This document shows, piece after piece, positions 28,381 through 39,000 of a stretch of 64,000 nt of DNA (position 1 is its first letter; each line of letters starts with the position of its first letter). The stretch covers positions 127,038,001-127,102,000 of the forward strand of contig OX597817.1 of the NCBI GenBank assembly GCA_951406725.2, given 5' to 3'. The position numbers and the translations under genes are program-made. The DNA comes from Octopus vulgaris (lineage: Eukaryota). The notes below the pieces were generated by a model. That model was not told the origin of the DNA. It ran no database searches and saw only the letters and a list, made by a program, of their open reading frames with translations.

Positions 28381-31206
28381 GTCCACGTCTGCGTGTATAT
28401 ATATATATATATACATATATACTTATACATATAAATACATGCGTGTGTGTGTTTACATGTACATATGAAATTTTACATACATAATCATACACAGACGCGC
28501 GGGCGCACGGGCACACGGGCACACGGGCACATATATATACATGTGTGTGTGTGTGTCTGTGCGTACGTGCATCAATGTGTTTAAGCGTACGTGCCTTTGA
28601 TATTCTCTTTTTTACAAGCAATTCTGTATTACATACGTGGTGCAATATTGTACACAAACTGTTCCATCATGATTCTTTCTACTTGTCATCAAGGATTATA
28701 GTTGAATATCACTTAATCATTTATGAATCTATTTATTCCATTTAGATAACATGATGTGTAGTAATGCTTGCTAGATGTCTCCAAACTAAAGTAATTTTGG
28801 GGAGAATCTTACATACTAAAGAGTACGCATTATGATACTTGAATACTATTAAATTTTGAAAGTGCATCTTGTGTAATATGAAATATTATGGGCTAAGTTA
28901 AAATGAGTATTACTTGATCCACTCGTCTACTTTTTGCATCCCTGAAGAAGTGTTTAATGGTATACTAACAAGCTAGAAATAATATTAAATATCTCCATTT
29001 AACCTTCAAATGTTTCAAGTATACGTAGGAATTACTGAATAAAGTAGTCCTATCTCGAATCATACCCTGATGTGATTGCTACATTAAATGAGTAATAATC
29101 TTCTTAGATTAGGGTGGTTTTAAATCTAATTATATTGTATAAGTAAGGTGAATGACAAATGAAGGTGAGAAAATACTACAGTACTAATATTGAGGTAAGA
29201 TCTGTTAGTGATGATTCGTTTTCGTTTGCTCTCAAAGTTTTAGCACATTCTGCATTCCACTTTAAATTATTGTACTTGAACTTTTACATTTAAACGTGGT
29301 TACTTATCTAAAGAAAGAAACTCAATTATCATCACGTTTAACGATTCTGAAATCAGCAGTGGAATCAAAGGAAGTCTTCCTCAAAGACTATGAAATAAAG
29401 TGATTCAAAGATGAGGTAATACACCTTAAAGTGCACAAATCTGATAGATACACATTCGTAGATTTCCTTTTTGTCTATTTTAACTCATAATATTTTGACC
29501 ATAACGAATATTAGATATCATTTCTGCAACATAGCTCGATAGCATCAAACTGACTAACAACATATAACGAACGAATCCTTTTCTACGCATTTTTCTGCGC
29601 GCTTTTTCAAAGAAAACATTTTTCTGAATACTGGTTAGGATGACCGTTTATTATTTAAATGAGAAGTGAAAATTAAAATGCAAGAGACAGTTTTGAATCG
29701 GTATATTCTTTTAATTCAATGCTGCATTTAATTAATTCTTGGAAATTAAATCTACACGCTATATATCTTTCCATAGAATAGTATTCATTTTTAGAAATAT
29801 ATTCAACTCTCGTCTCACCATTTACTCATACTACGATCTGACAATTAATTTATTGGTTTCTTCCATTAAAAATTATTCTTACAGTATAGTAGGCCTGGAA
29901 TTTGAAATACAATTAGAATTAGCAAAATGATCACACAAGGGCGTTAAAATCCTTTGCACCAAATGGGTATATTTTGAAATAAATACACAGATAAATATAC
30001 TAGATTTATACATTTGATAGACAGTAGACATCAAATTATGATATGCTCTATGGAATACGTGTACACTATTGCGTTCATGTCACTACCAAAAATTTAATTG
30101 CACGAAATTTGTTAACAGACGTTTTAGCGCCTTATTCTTTAGACTAAAATATCATTATTCTCACAGTGTACAGCGGGAGCTGAAATGAATATTTGTATAT
30201 ATATTCTTTATACATCTAGGCAATTTCATGCAGAAAATATGATGCTGATCTTATGTACATCAAATAATAACTTCTTTTCTTGTTCGACAACTGAGTATTC
30301 ATCAAGCTTAGATCATTGATGTACAGACTGTTGGGTCACAGGTGTTGAATATACTGTCGTTTGAAAAGAGACAAGTTATTCTCCTATGACGTACACTAGC
30401 GACCAGCATATTTGGCGTCTGAATACGCCTTGATGTATTAATAAAGATTATCCAAATATTTTACCAGCTCGCGCTGTACTCAGTGAAAATCATGATCATT
30501 TATCGAATAGCAGATATAAGCAACGATCAGCAAACAAATTATTCGTTCAAATTGTAAAGAAATTTATTTGCTTTCCCTAGACGCAAAGGTATATGTATCT
30601 CTGGGTAACGAAACACATGTCGAAACAACGGTTTCTCTTCCAAAATCCTCTGCGCCAGTCAGCCAAGTGTTCACAAGTTCTCGTCGTAAAGAAGAGAGAT
30701 CTTTTCCTCTGAACCTGCCTGAACATATTAAGAATAAATGCGCAAATATTCCATCTACAGCCTATTTTTCTTAACAGCAACTAGCATATTTCTTTATCAA
30801 CCAAATTGATAGTGGGTTCGGTGATGATATGTGCAAAAGGGCGCATATGCTCTACATGAAACACTGATTAATTGTTTTTTAAGAGATACTAACTTAATGA
30901 GAGTAATTCAAAACAGAATTGCTACCGCATATATCTGCTATAAAATTAACTAGTGTAAATTAAGTGAATTAGATGCTAGGGAATTCGGTCGTAATGCTGT
31001 CAGAGAAGTGATATCATACGCGTGTACACAACATCTACACGAAAAAGTATTCCTTTACGTAAAAATAGAAAAACAGTAATCACTATTTACTGGATGGTTT
31101 TCTGATGAAAAATATCGTATCTACCAATATATATATATATATATATATATGCATGTATATATATACACACACACACATACACACAAACACACACACACAC
31201 ACACAC

Positions 31207-31267
<61 letters not shown>

Positions 31268-31280
31268 CATATATATATAT

Positions 31281-31825
31281 AGACTATCGGTCAACTAGCC
31301 GGACAGGCAGAGACGTGGACGTCATGCTAATAACTAACTACGAGACTTCAGATTCAACCAACCTCTATCCATCAACTACCTCACAATGGATTTAATGAAC
31401 TTTGAACCCAACTAAAATGTAGCACTTTCGAATCATTGAACATTTTCTTTTCCGATTTCTTCCTCTATCTTTCGCTTTATTTTCCTCTTTGTCTATCTGT
31501 GAGTTTCTCGTTCTGATGACGTCTACAATTTGCAACGAGGTAAATACTTATTTACGTCAATATGGTACACAGTAACAGCTGTAAACTCACTCTTACCTTC
31601 ACCTTACTTAACTAATTAAATAATGGCTTTTTAAAACCAATGGTACACTTCTATTTGTTGTTTTACCTCCATTTTCTGATCGTGTATATATACATTAAAC
31701 TACGAGTTACATCTTTAAAGTACCTGCTGCCGTATACCTTATACCAAAGACCATACTTACGGAGGTAATCACCAGGAGTGCCTCTGGATACCTCTAACAC
31801 TTAGAAGGCTTAACAGCTCTAACTT

Positions 31826-31835
<10 letters not shown>
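31281..31835 (+). mobile_element. Non-coding element between (TA)n arrays, probable solo PLE pseudo-LTR (family H4)
   Basis: Contains a decayed hammerhead motif and GACGTCA/GACGTC motifs like the PLE 3' region at 34295-34680; bounded by TA repeats. Confidence 0.5.
31510..31586 (+). ncRNA. Decayed hammerhead motif with extended helix II (H4)
   Basis: gtt-CTGATGA-c-gtctac...gtaaata-ct-tatttac...gtacac-a-GTAA-CAGCTG-TA-aac; GAAA box mutated to GTAA. Confidence 0.45.
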
Positions 31836-31872
<37 letters not shown>

Positions 31873-31875
<3 letters not shown>

Positions 31876-32205
31876 TCAGTGGTTAGAGCGTCGAGCTTTC
31901 GATCGTGAGGTTGTGAGCTCGAATCCCGGACCGGGCTGCGTGTTGTGTTCTTGAGCAAAACACTTTATTTCAGGTTGCTCCAGTTCACTCAGCTGTAGAA
32001 ATGAGTTGCGACGTCACTGGTTCCAAGCTGTATCGACCTTTGTCTTTCCCTTGGATAACACTGGTGGCGTGGAGAGGGGAGGCCGGTATGCATGGGCGAC
32101 TGCTGGTCTTCCATAAACAACCTTGCCCGGACTTGTGTCTAGGAGGGTAACTTTCTAGGTGCAATCCCATGGTCATTCATGACCGAAGGGGGTCTTTACC
32201 CCTTT
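31873..32205 (+). mobile_element. tRNA-derived SINE family C, near full-length
   Basis: A box tggctcagtggttagagc, B box-like gctcgaatccc, then ttcttgagcaaaacact..cactcagctgtagaaatgag; second copy at 45627-45890. Confidence 0.9.
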
Positions 32206-32214
32206 TATATATGA

Positions 32215-32455
32215 AGTTAATCCAAACAAGAAAACACAGAAAAAAGAAGGAAAAAAAGAGAGAAAAAAAGAGAAAAAAACACAGCAATGCAGGACGTGGA
32301 ACAATTAAAGTATTAATGACGCTCAGGAAAGAAGGGAAAGAGTGTTTAACGTTTCGAGCGGAGCTCTTCGTCGGAAACAAGGAGAAGGAAAGATCCCAAG
32401 GAGGGAAGACAGAGGAGAAAATATTTGAGCTGGTGGTGCTCAAGCAATCACATGT
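32215..32455 (-). mobile_element. Short hammerhead-bearing element family H1, copy 2
   Basis: Reverse complement aligns with 7200-7380. Confidence 0.8.
32344..32378 (-). ncRNA. Minimal type-I hammerhead ribozyme (H1, U4C variant)
   Basis: Minus strand: gttt-CCGACGA-a-GAGC-tcc-GCTC-GAAA-cgtt-aaac; helices I and II perfect. Confidence 0.7.
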
Positions 32456-33660
32456 TGAATATATATATATATATATTATTTGTCGATTATCAGATTATCA
32501 ACGCTACCGTTGGTTTTATTCCGTGCGATTTCAGCTATTATCAAGCCCGGAGCAAGGAACGTCGGTACTCGTCCGACCCATTAGGTAGATTTGATAGTTG
32601 GTGAGACAAATACATGAAACCAATAGTAGACTTGTTAAACAACAAATAAAGCATTGTAGCCACAACTGCGGTGTTGTGATCTTTTTCTCCCTGTTTGGTA
32701 TTAGCTTATATATATCATATGCGTACATATATATATACATATATAGAAGCGATCACCTTCTGGCTGAATAGAAGCGATCACCTTCTGAATAGAAGCGATC
32801 ACCTTCTGGCTGAATAACTACCCCTTTGAACTCCCAATTCGCATAAACAAAGACCTTATAATAGAAGGACTTAGATTCATTTTAGAGAACAATTATTTTA
32901 TTTTTGACAATGATTTCTACAGGCAAAGATCGGGAACAGTGATGGGCACACGTACTGCACCATCTTTTGCCAACCTAGTGATGGGATACCTCGAGAAAAT
33001 ACTATACCGGATAACACTCGAGAAATATGGAAACAACTTCGCCACCTATATCCATAACAAAGATACCTCGATGACTGTTTCATCATCTGGGACAAAGGTA
33101 TAGAGAAACTTGAGGAATTTAAAATACTATTAAATGGAATAAATGACAATATACAATTCACGATGGACCACAACGAAAAAGAATTACCATTTTTAGACAT
33201 CCTCATTAAGAAAACCGGCAACAAAAGGAGACAGATATCTACTATAAACCGACAGACTCTAAACAGTACCTACCCTTTGATTCATGCCACCCACGACACA
33301 CTAGAATGAATGTCCCTTTTTGTTTAGCTAGAAGGATTTGCACCATAATATCAGACACAAACACCCGACACACACGTCTCCAGGAACTTAGAACCACACT
33401 CACAAATAGAAACTATCCACAGTCCCTAATAGACAGTGCAATCCAACGGGTACTTAAATTAAGTATAGAAGACATGAGACAAACAAAACCAAAAAAGAAA
33501 GAACAATTAAAAACCCTTCCCTACATCTCTACACACAACCCACTCAAAAATGAGGCCTTCAACACCATACTACAAAGCACAGCCCTACTAAAGGGAGACC
33601 CAAAGATGAACCGGATCCTCGAAACACACCATCATTAAAAGTAAACGGCAACCAAAATCC

Positions 33661-34146
33661 GTGAAAAGGATTTTAACCCAAGCTACACTGCACTCAACAT
33701 CAACCACAAAACCAGCAGTTAGAAAATGTGGAAGGCCCAACTGCGGAATCTGTGCCATCTTGAAAGAAGGATCAGAATTTATACTGGAACAAGGCCACCA
33801 GTTCACCATTAGAACAAACTTCACCTGCGCATCAGAAAACTTAATTTACGTCATAACATGCGCAGGCTGCAATAGGCAGTATATAGGCCATACAAAAAAT
33901 AGCTTACGTAACAGGATGGCGGTGCATAAATCACAAATTAGAAACCCTGATTACCGCAAAATACCGGTCAGCGGACACATAGATAGATGTGCTGGAAATG
34001 TAAATCCGAAATATACAACTAACCCGCTCTATAAATTCAGTGACAACGCAACCTTCATACAACGCCAAAATAAAGAACTATATTTCATAAAAAAATTTAG
34101 ACCAAGTTTAAACACCCTGGGCCAGGAATACTCAAACAAAAGATAA
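33661..34146 (+). pseudogene. GIY-YIG endonuclease domain of the PLE (open segment of a disrupted ORF)
   Basis: KCGRPNCGIC Zn-linker, FTCASENLIYVITCAGCNRQYIGHT, LRNRMAVH, RQNKELYFIKKF..LN. Confidence 0.9.
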
Positions 34147-34297
34147 GTCCTCCGAAAAGGAGAAGCAAAATTCCACCACGGCCGCTACCTTAAACAGACA
34201 CTCGTTCTGACGGAAATATGCCTTAGTAAAAAAGGAAAAAAATTATTTCGTGCAAATCTGACCCTGATACATACGGCTAAGGGTCAGACCCGATTCT

Positions 34298-34692
34298 GAT
34301 TGGTCAACAAGTTGATGACGTCTAGCTCTGCTAGAATGGACAGGATACAAACAGGGGACAGTCATTAGTCAGAATATTGATGACGTCCTTTTCTGCTTGA
34401 CTAGTCACCTAACAAGTACAGACAGGGGGCAGATCTAATGTAGCTATAAGTCGTGATTGGGCAGAATCTGGATGACGTCCCGTTCTGCTTGACTAACGAA
34501 GCGACTGGTCAAAACAGGAAACAAACAAGAGGCAGTTATAATGCAGCGATTGGTCAAACTGATGATGACGTCCCGTTCTGCTTGACTAAAGCCACCTAAC
34601 GAAACGATTGGTCAAAACGTTGATGACGTCACGCTACGCTGGATTGACCACCTAACAGGCATTATAAAACCGAGCACTTCACAAAACTCACT
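34298..34692 (+). promoter_or_regulatory. Putative PLE pseudo-LTR Pol II promoter: 5x (ATTGG + TGACGTC) modules, TATA box, Inr-like TCACT
   Basis: TGACGTC at 34316, 34381, 34473, 34566, 34624, each 12 nt after GATTGG (CATTAG in unit 2); TATAAAA 34663-34669; TCACT 34688-34692. Confidence 0.6.
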
Positions 34693-35102
34693 AGAACCAC
34701 CCAGCTAACACCCACCATGGGTCATCACAATTGCTTAAGGTAAAAATGAATTCCTCGCTCTTTCGGAAACATCAATCTTCTGTATTGACTGCTTTCCACC
34801 ACTTTGATCTGTTTGTTGTATTGAATACGTATCACCACCGTGGGCCACTGCATCGAACACTTTGAACATATAGCATGAATGAACTTACTTCAAACTATAT
34901 ATCAACTATACATGAACTCTAAGATGTCTGACTCCGTTGTGTATTATAAATGAATTTCTTGTGTTTGACGGCATGAGCTGTCTTTTTTTATATATAACTT
35001 TTTTTGATAAGGTTCATTTCAGGAACTGACACATGTTATAATGTATATATAAAAATTAAAAATTGTATAATATAGCAGCATTTCGAACTTCATTTTTTAC
35101 AA

Positions 35103-35171
<69 letters not shown>

Positions 35172-35173
<2 letters not shown>

Positions 35174-36155
35174 GAAAAGTGAGGCAGACAGAATTTTGGA
35201 TAATTCTTCATTAGAACTTTCGTTCGTTTATCGAAGTCGTCAAAACAAAATCAAAATCAAAACGTTTCGTTGTCCGTTTATATGAATCGGATGCTTTTTA
35301 AAATTTACATGCCACGGACAAGAAGCATTGCTACCACTTCTACATACTACATTCCTTGAATAATGGAACTACAACGATAAAATCTTTATACATTATTATT
35401 TTCCTTTTGCTATGTCCCTATATACACCTTATTCCCTGCCTTTTGCCCAAAACTCCTCATATTGATTAAGAAAGATATATAATGTAGCTATTTGGCAAAG
35501 TAATTTGGGAAAAAGATCTCTTTTGAATTATCTAATCGAAGCAAACAAGAAAAATAAAGATAAATCCCACAAGAGGTTGAAAAATACTCAAAAATATATT
35601 TAAGCAACCCTGCTATTTATTTTCATTATTTATATTCTACAAAGTGGCTTCCAGCTAAATATACAATATACATATTAATACAAAACTCATCATGATGTAT
35701 GATTAAATGTACATAGAGATCAGTTTGAACTGTAAACAGTACCAAATTAGTTTTTCATATTTTGAGTTTATTTTCCTAATTTATGAATGTTGTACTAAAA
35801 TTTAATGTTTTTTCATGCAAAACATGAAACTACACAGAATATACGACTTTTAATTCCACGTGGGACGTGTAAAGGAATATTGATTTTGATACGACTTTAA
35901 ACTTTGAAACTTTTTTTATTTTTCAGTGATAACCGCACCTTTCCTTCTTTTCATATCTTTCCAGTCCTACTCTTATAGTTGAAATCTTGAAAGATCACCA
36001 ACCCTTGTGAAAAAATGTGTGTATTTACAAATATGTTAACAATTGAAAGCAAAACGAAAGAAAGACAAAAATGTCTTGTAATGAAATTTCAATCGATTGA
36101 CCACATCAAATTGAAAATCTCTCTCTCTCTCTATCTATCTATCTATATATCTATA

Positions 36156-36193
<38 letters not shown>

Positions 36194-36249
36194 CCATTTC
36201 CCTATTCTTATTATTTTTCGTCTTTTTTTCCTGATTGTCCTGAAGCCTT

Positions 36250-36280
<31 letters not shown>

Positions 36281-36478
36281 TTTTTCAAAAACAAAACAAA
36301 ACAAAAACATTTCGTCCCTCTTCGAAACAGAGCAAAAAAAAAACATCCGATTTATATAAATGAACAACGGAACGTTCTGTTTTTACAATTTTGATTTTGA
36401 TTTTGTCTTGCTGAGGTCGATAAAGGAACGAAAGTGCTAATAAAGAATTATTCAAAAATCTGACTGCTTCCTTTTCTC
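35172..36478. mobile_element. ~1.3 kb non-coding segment bounded by ~130-bp imperfect inverted repeats (MITE/foldback-like)
   Basis: 35172-35299 is the reverse complement of 36339-36478 with scattered substitutions and one small indel. Confidence 0.65.
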
Positions 36479-36509
36479 AACATAAAATATTACTGTTCAA
36501 AACAGTAAT

Positions 36510-36960
36510 ACACCGTCGGTACATGGAGTGCATGAGGCGCTTCACAAAAGCCATTGGTACCTGTTCTCACACCCTGGGGAAAGCAGCCTCCATTCCACAT
36601 GAGTTGTCGGCTTTGGGACCAATTGGTTTAGCCGTGTCAGGATTTAATCCCACAGCAGTTCAATTTGATTCAAATTCGGGTTGTAAGCCGGCCATAGCAT
36701 GGTTCTGATGATGTGCTGATGCAGGAAGTCCACGGTGACTCTGGCCGTCGGGGGTGGAGCTATGGTGACGCGCGAAGAAAGGCAGAATGAGGGGTCTTAG
36801 GATCCGCTGAACATAGTACTGCGCTGTGGTGCCATTTCCTTTACCTTCACAAACATTTTGGAACACATGAGGCCCAATGCAATATTGACTCTCGCCAAAG
36901 AAGACGTGCATATCGGTTTTCAGGGCAATTGTTTGCGACTGCCAATCACGGTATTCGACG
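36510..36960 (-). mobile_element. Tc1-like transposase relic (DDE region)
   Basis: VCEGKGNGTTAQYYVQRILRPLILPFF resembles the Tc1 G.L.A..Y...IL.P...PF motif; heavily decayed. Confidence 0.55.
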
Positions 36961-37512
36961 CACCTGCATTTTGGCGTCTCGTTTAAAGGAAAGTTGAAAG
37001 GTTACCTGCAATTTGGGTCTAAGCCATAACCAGCATGTCTTGGAATATTTACACTTACATACCCGAAATTAATTTTCAGAATTTACCGTATAAAATTGAC
37101 ATTTCAATAAATCGCGTTTCTTTCGCGGTTCAGCTTATAAATCAATGTTATTTTGATATGGCAGATAGATATGTTGCAAAAGATTTAAAGCTATTTTCAA
37201 AATATTTCAAAGGAAACATTTGCAATCACTTGTTTTTAAATAAAAGAAAGAGATACAGTAAAAAAAAGAAACAGAGGGAGAGAGATCGAAAGAGAGGGAA
37301 AGATTCAGTGTTGCAACGAAACAGTGAAAGGGACAAGTCTACTAATGTAGATTACATAACATGTTTTAAACGCATTCATAGTGCAAATGTTATGAACGAA
37401 ATTTGTGAGAGGGTGTAGAATAAAATAACAAAACGTTAAGAAACAATATGCATTAAATTATATCCAACATTAAATGCAAATTGAATTAGATAGAAATAAT
37501 CTAAGCACCTTC

Positions 37513-37540
37513 TTAGAGTTAGGGTTAGGGTTAGGGTTAA
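37513..37540 (+). repeat. Short interstitial telomere-type repeat TTAGAG(TTAGGG)3TTAA
   Basis: Direct reading. Confidence 0.8.
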
Positions 37541-37584
37541 CACTCGGTTAACACGTTTGTCTGCATAAAGTTTCTAAATAATTT

Positions 37585-37655
37585 TCATACTATAGCCTCG
37601 GGCCGACCAAAGACTTGTGAGTAGATTTGGTAGACGGAAACTGAAAGAAGCCTGT

Positions 37656-37706
<51 letters not shown>

Positions 37707-37707
37707 G

Positions 37708-37739
<32 letters not shown>

Positions 37740-37920
37740 AATTAGAAAACATCCACATTTTATCAATTCAATAATGAAAAATTAAATCATACCATTTAGA
37801 AAAATTACATATGATACAAAGATTAAATATAAGATAAAACATACAACGATGATTAAGTAATGTGCAAAATAATAAATAAAACGTATATATTATTATTATA
37901 TGTATTTATATATATATGTT

Positions 37921-38010
<90 letters not shown>

Positions 38011-38205
38011 TGTGTCTGTGTTTACCCCTCCACCATTACTTGACAATCGATGTTGGCGACTTTACGTCCCCGTATCTTAGCAGTTCGGGAAAATATACCG
38101 ATAGAATAAATACTAACTTATAAAGAATACGTTCTGGAGTAGATCTGTTCGACTAAAGGCAGTGCTCTAGCATGGCCACAGTCAAATGACTGAAACAAAT
38201 TAAAG
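37585..38205 (+). mobile_element. SINE family B with expanded/interrupted central microsatellite
   Basis: Head tactatagcctcgggccgaccaaagacttgtgagtagatttggtagacggaaactgaaagaagcc at ~37588-37652; tail at ~38020-38205; ~160-bp AT-rich insert in the middle. Confidence 0.85.
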
Positions 38206-38219
38206 AAAATAATATAAAA

Positions 38220-39000
38220 TACGTGGGTGTTCCCGAAAGAAACCGGAACTTCGCAATGTTATTTTATTCACTTAGTTTTATCGCTTTCAGAATATTCTTG
38301 ATTTGAAGCAATGCATCGGTCCAGATGCGTGTTCCACTCTTCGAAGCGGTTCCGGAACTCTTGGAAAGTAGTGCCTTTTAATGCCTCCCTCTGTTTTTTT
38401 CTTCACCTTTTCCACATCTGCAAATTCCGTATCACCAACTTTCATCACCACTGATGACTTCCGAAAAAAGGGTCCGGATCAACTTTTCTTTCTGTACACG
38501 ACAAGCATTCAGTCTTGAGTGCTTTTGATCTGCCATGAGCAAACGAGGCACAAATTTTGCTGCAACGATTTTCATTCGCAATTCCTCGCTCAACATTCGA
38601 TGGCAAGAACTCCAGAACACCAGTTATATCATTAAGTTCGTCAGGTGTTCGGTGATTGCTCTCCAAGATCAGTCAATGAATTATCATTCTTTCAGGAGGT
38701 TGACGGACACCCTGAACGAGGTTGAGCTTCAAGCGATGTGACCATTCCTTAAGCGTGAAAAACACTCGTAAACTTGTGTATTTTTTCGCTCATGTCAGCA
38801 TCCTTGTAAGCTGTTAGAAGCATGACAACTGTTTCGGCCGCCGTTTTCCACAGCCGTCGCAAAAATCAATGCAAAAGGGAGAAGCGCAGCAAAGGAAAGA
38901 TGAACGACACTCGAAGACGCCGGTCAGCATTCTGATGCCCGATGGCAGCTTCAAGCGACTTCTTGTGGCGGATACCTGCGCTGCTACTTGTTTGTCCCAG
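38220..39000 (-). mobile_element. Internally deleted mariner transposon relic
   Basis: Minus strand: AAETVVMLLTAYKD, PRSGCPST, AAKFVPRLL, VISGDESW, then C-terminal FEEW..DRCIAS; TA + TIR-like end at 38220-38250. Confidence 0.85.

Larger units (their letters stand above)
32743..35000 (+). mobile_element. 5'-truncated Penelope-like retroelement (Neptune-like): partial RT + GIY-YIG + 3' pseudo-LTR region
   Basis: GTVMG (~32933), RYLDDC (33061), ELPFLDILI (33181), YYKPTDSKQYLPFDSCHP (~33240), then the GIY-YIG ORF; frameshifts and stops present; right boundary approximate. Confidence 0.9.

Noticed and set aside
31873-31945. tRNA gene
   Set aside because: A/B boxes present but no acceptor stem, and the sequence continues into a SINE body repeated at 45627
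32585-32635. Ninth hammerhead candidate (ttgatag...catGAAAccaatagtagac)
   Set aside because: First core box and helix II too degenerate to support, although the GAAAccaat segment resembles H5
34298-34640. CRISPR-like repeat-spacer array
   Set aside because: Eukaryotic TE context, degenerate units with mutually related spacers, no cas genes; better explained as a tandem promoter-module duplication
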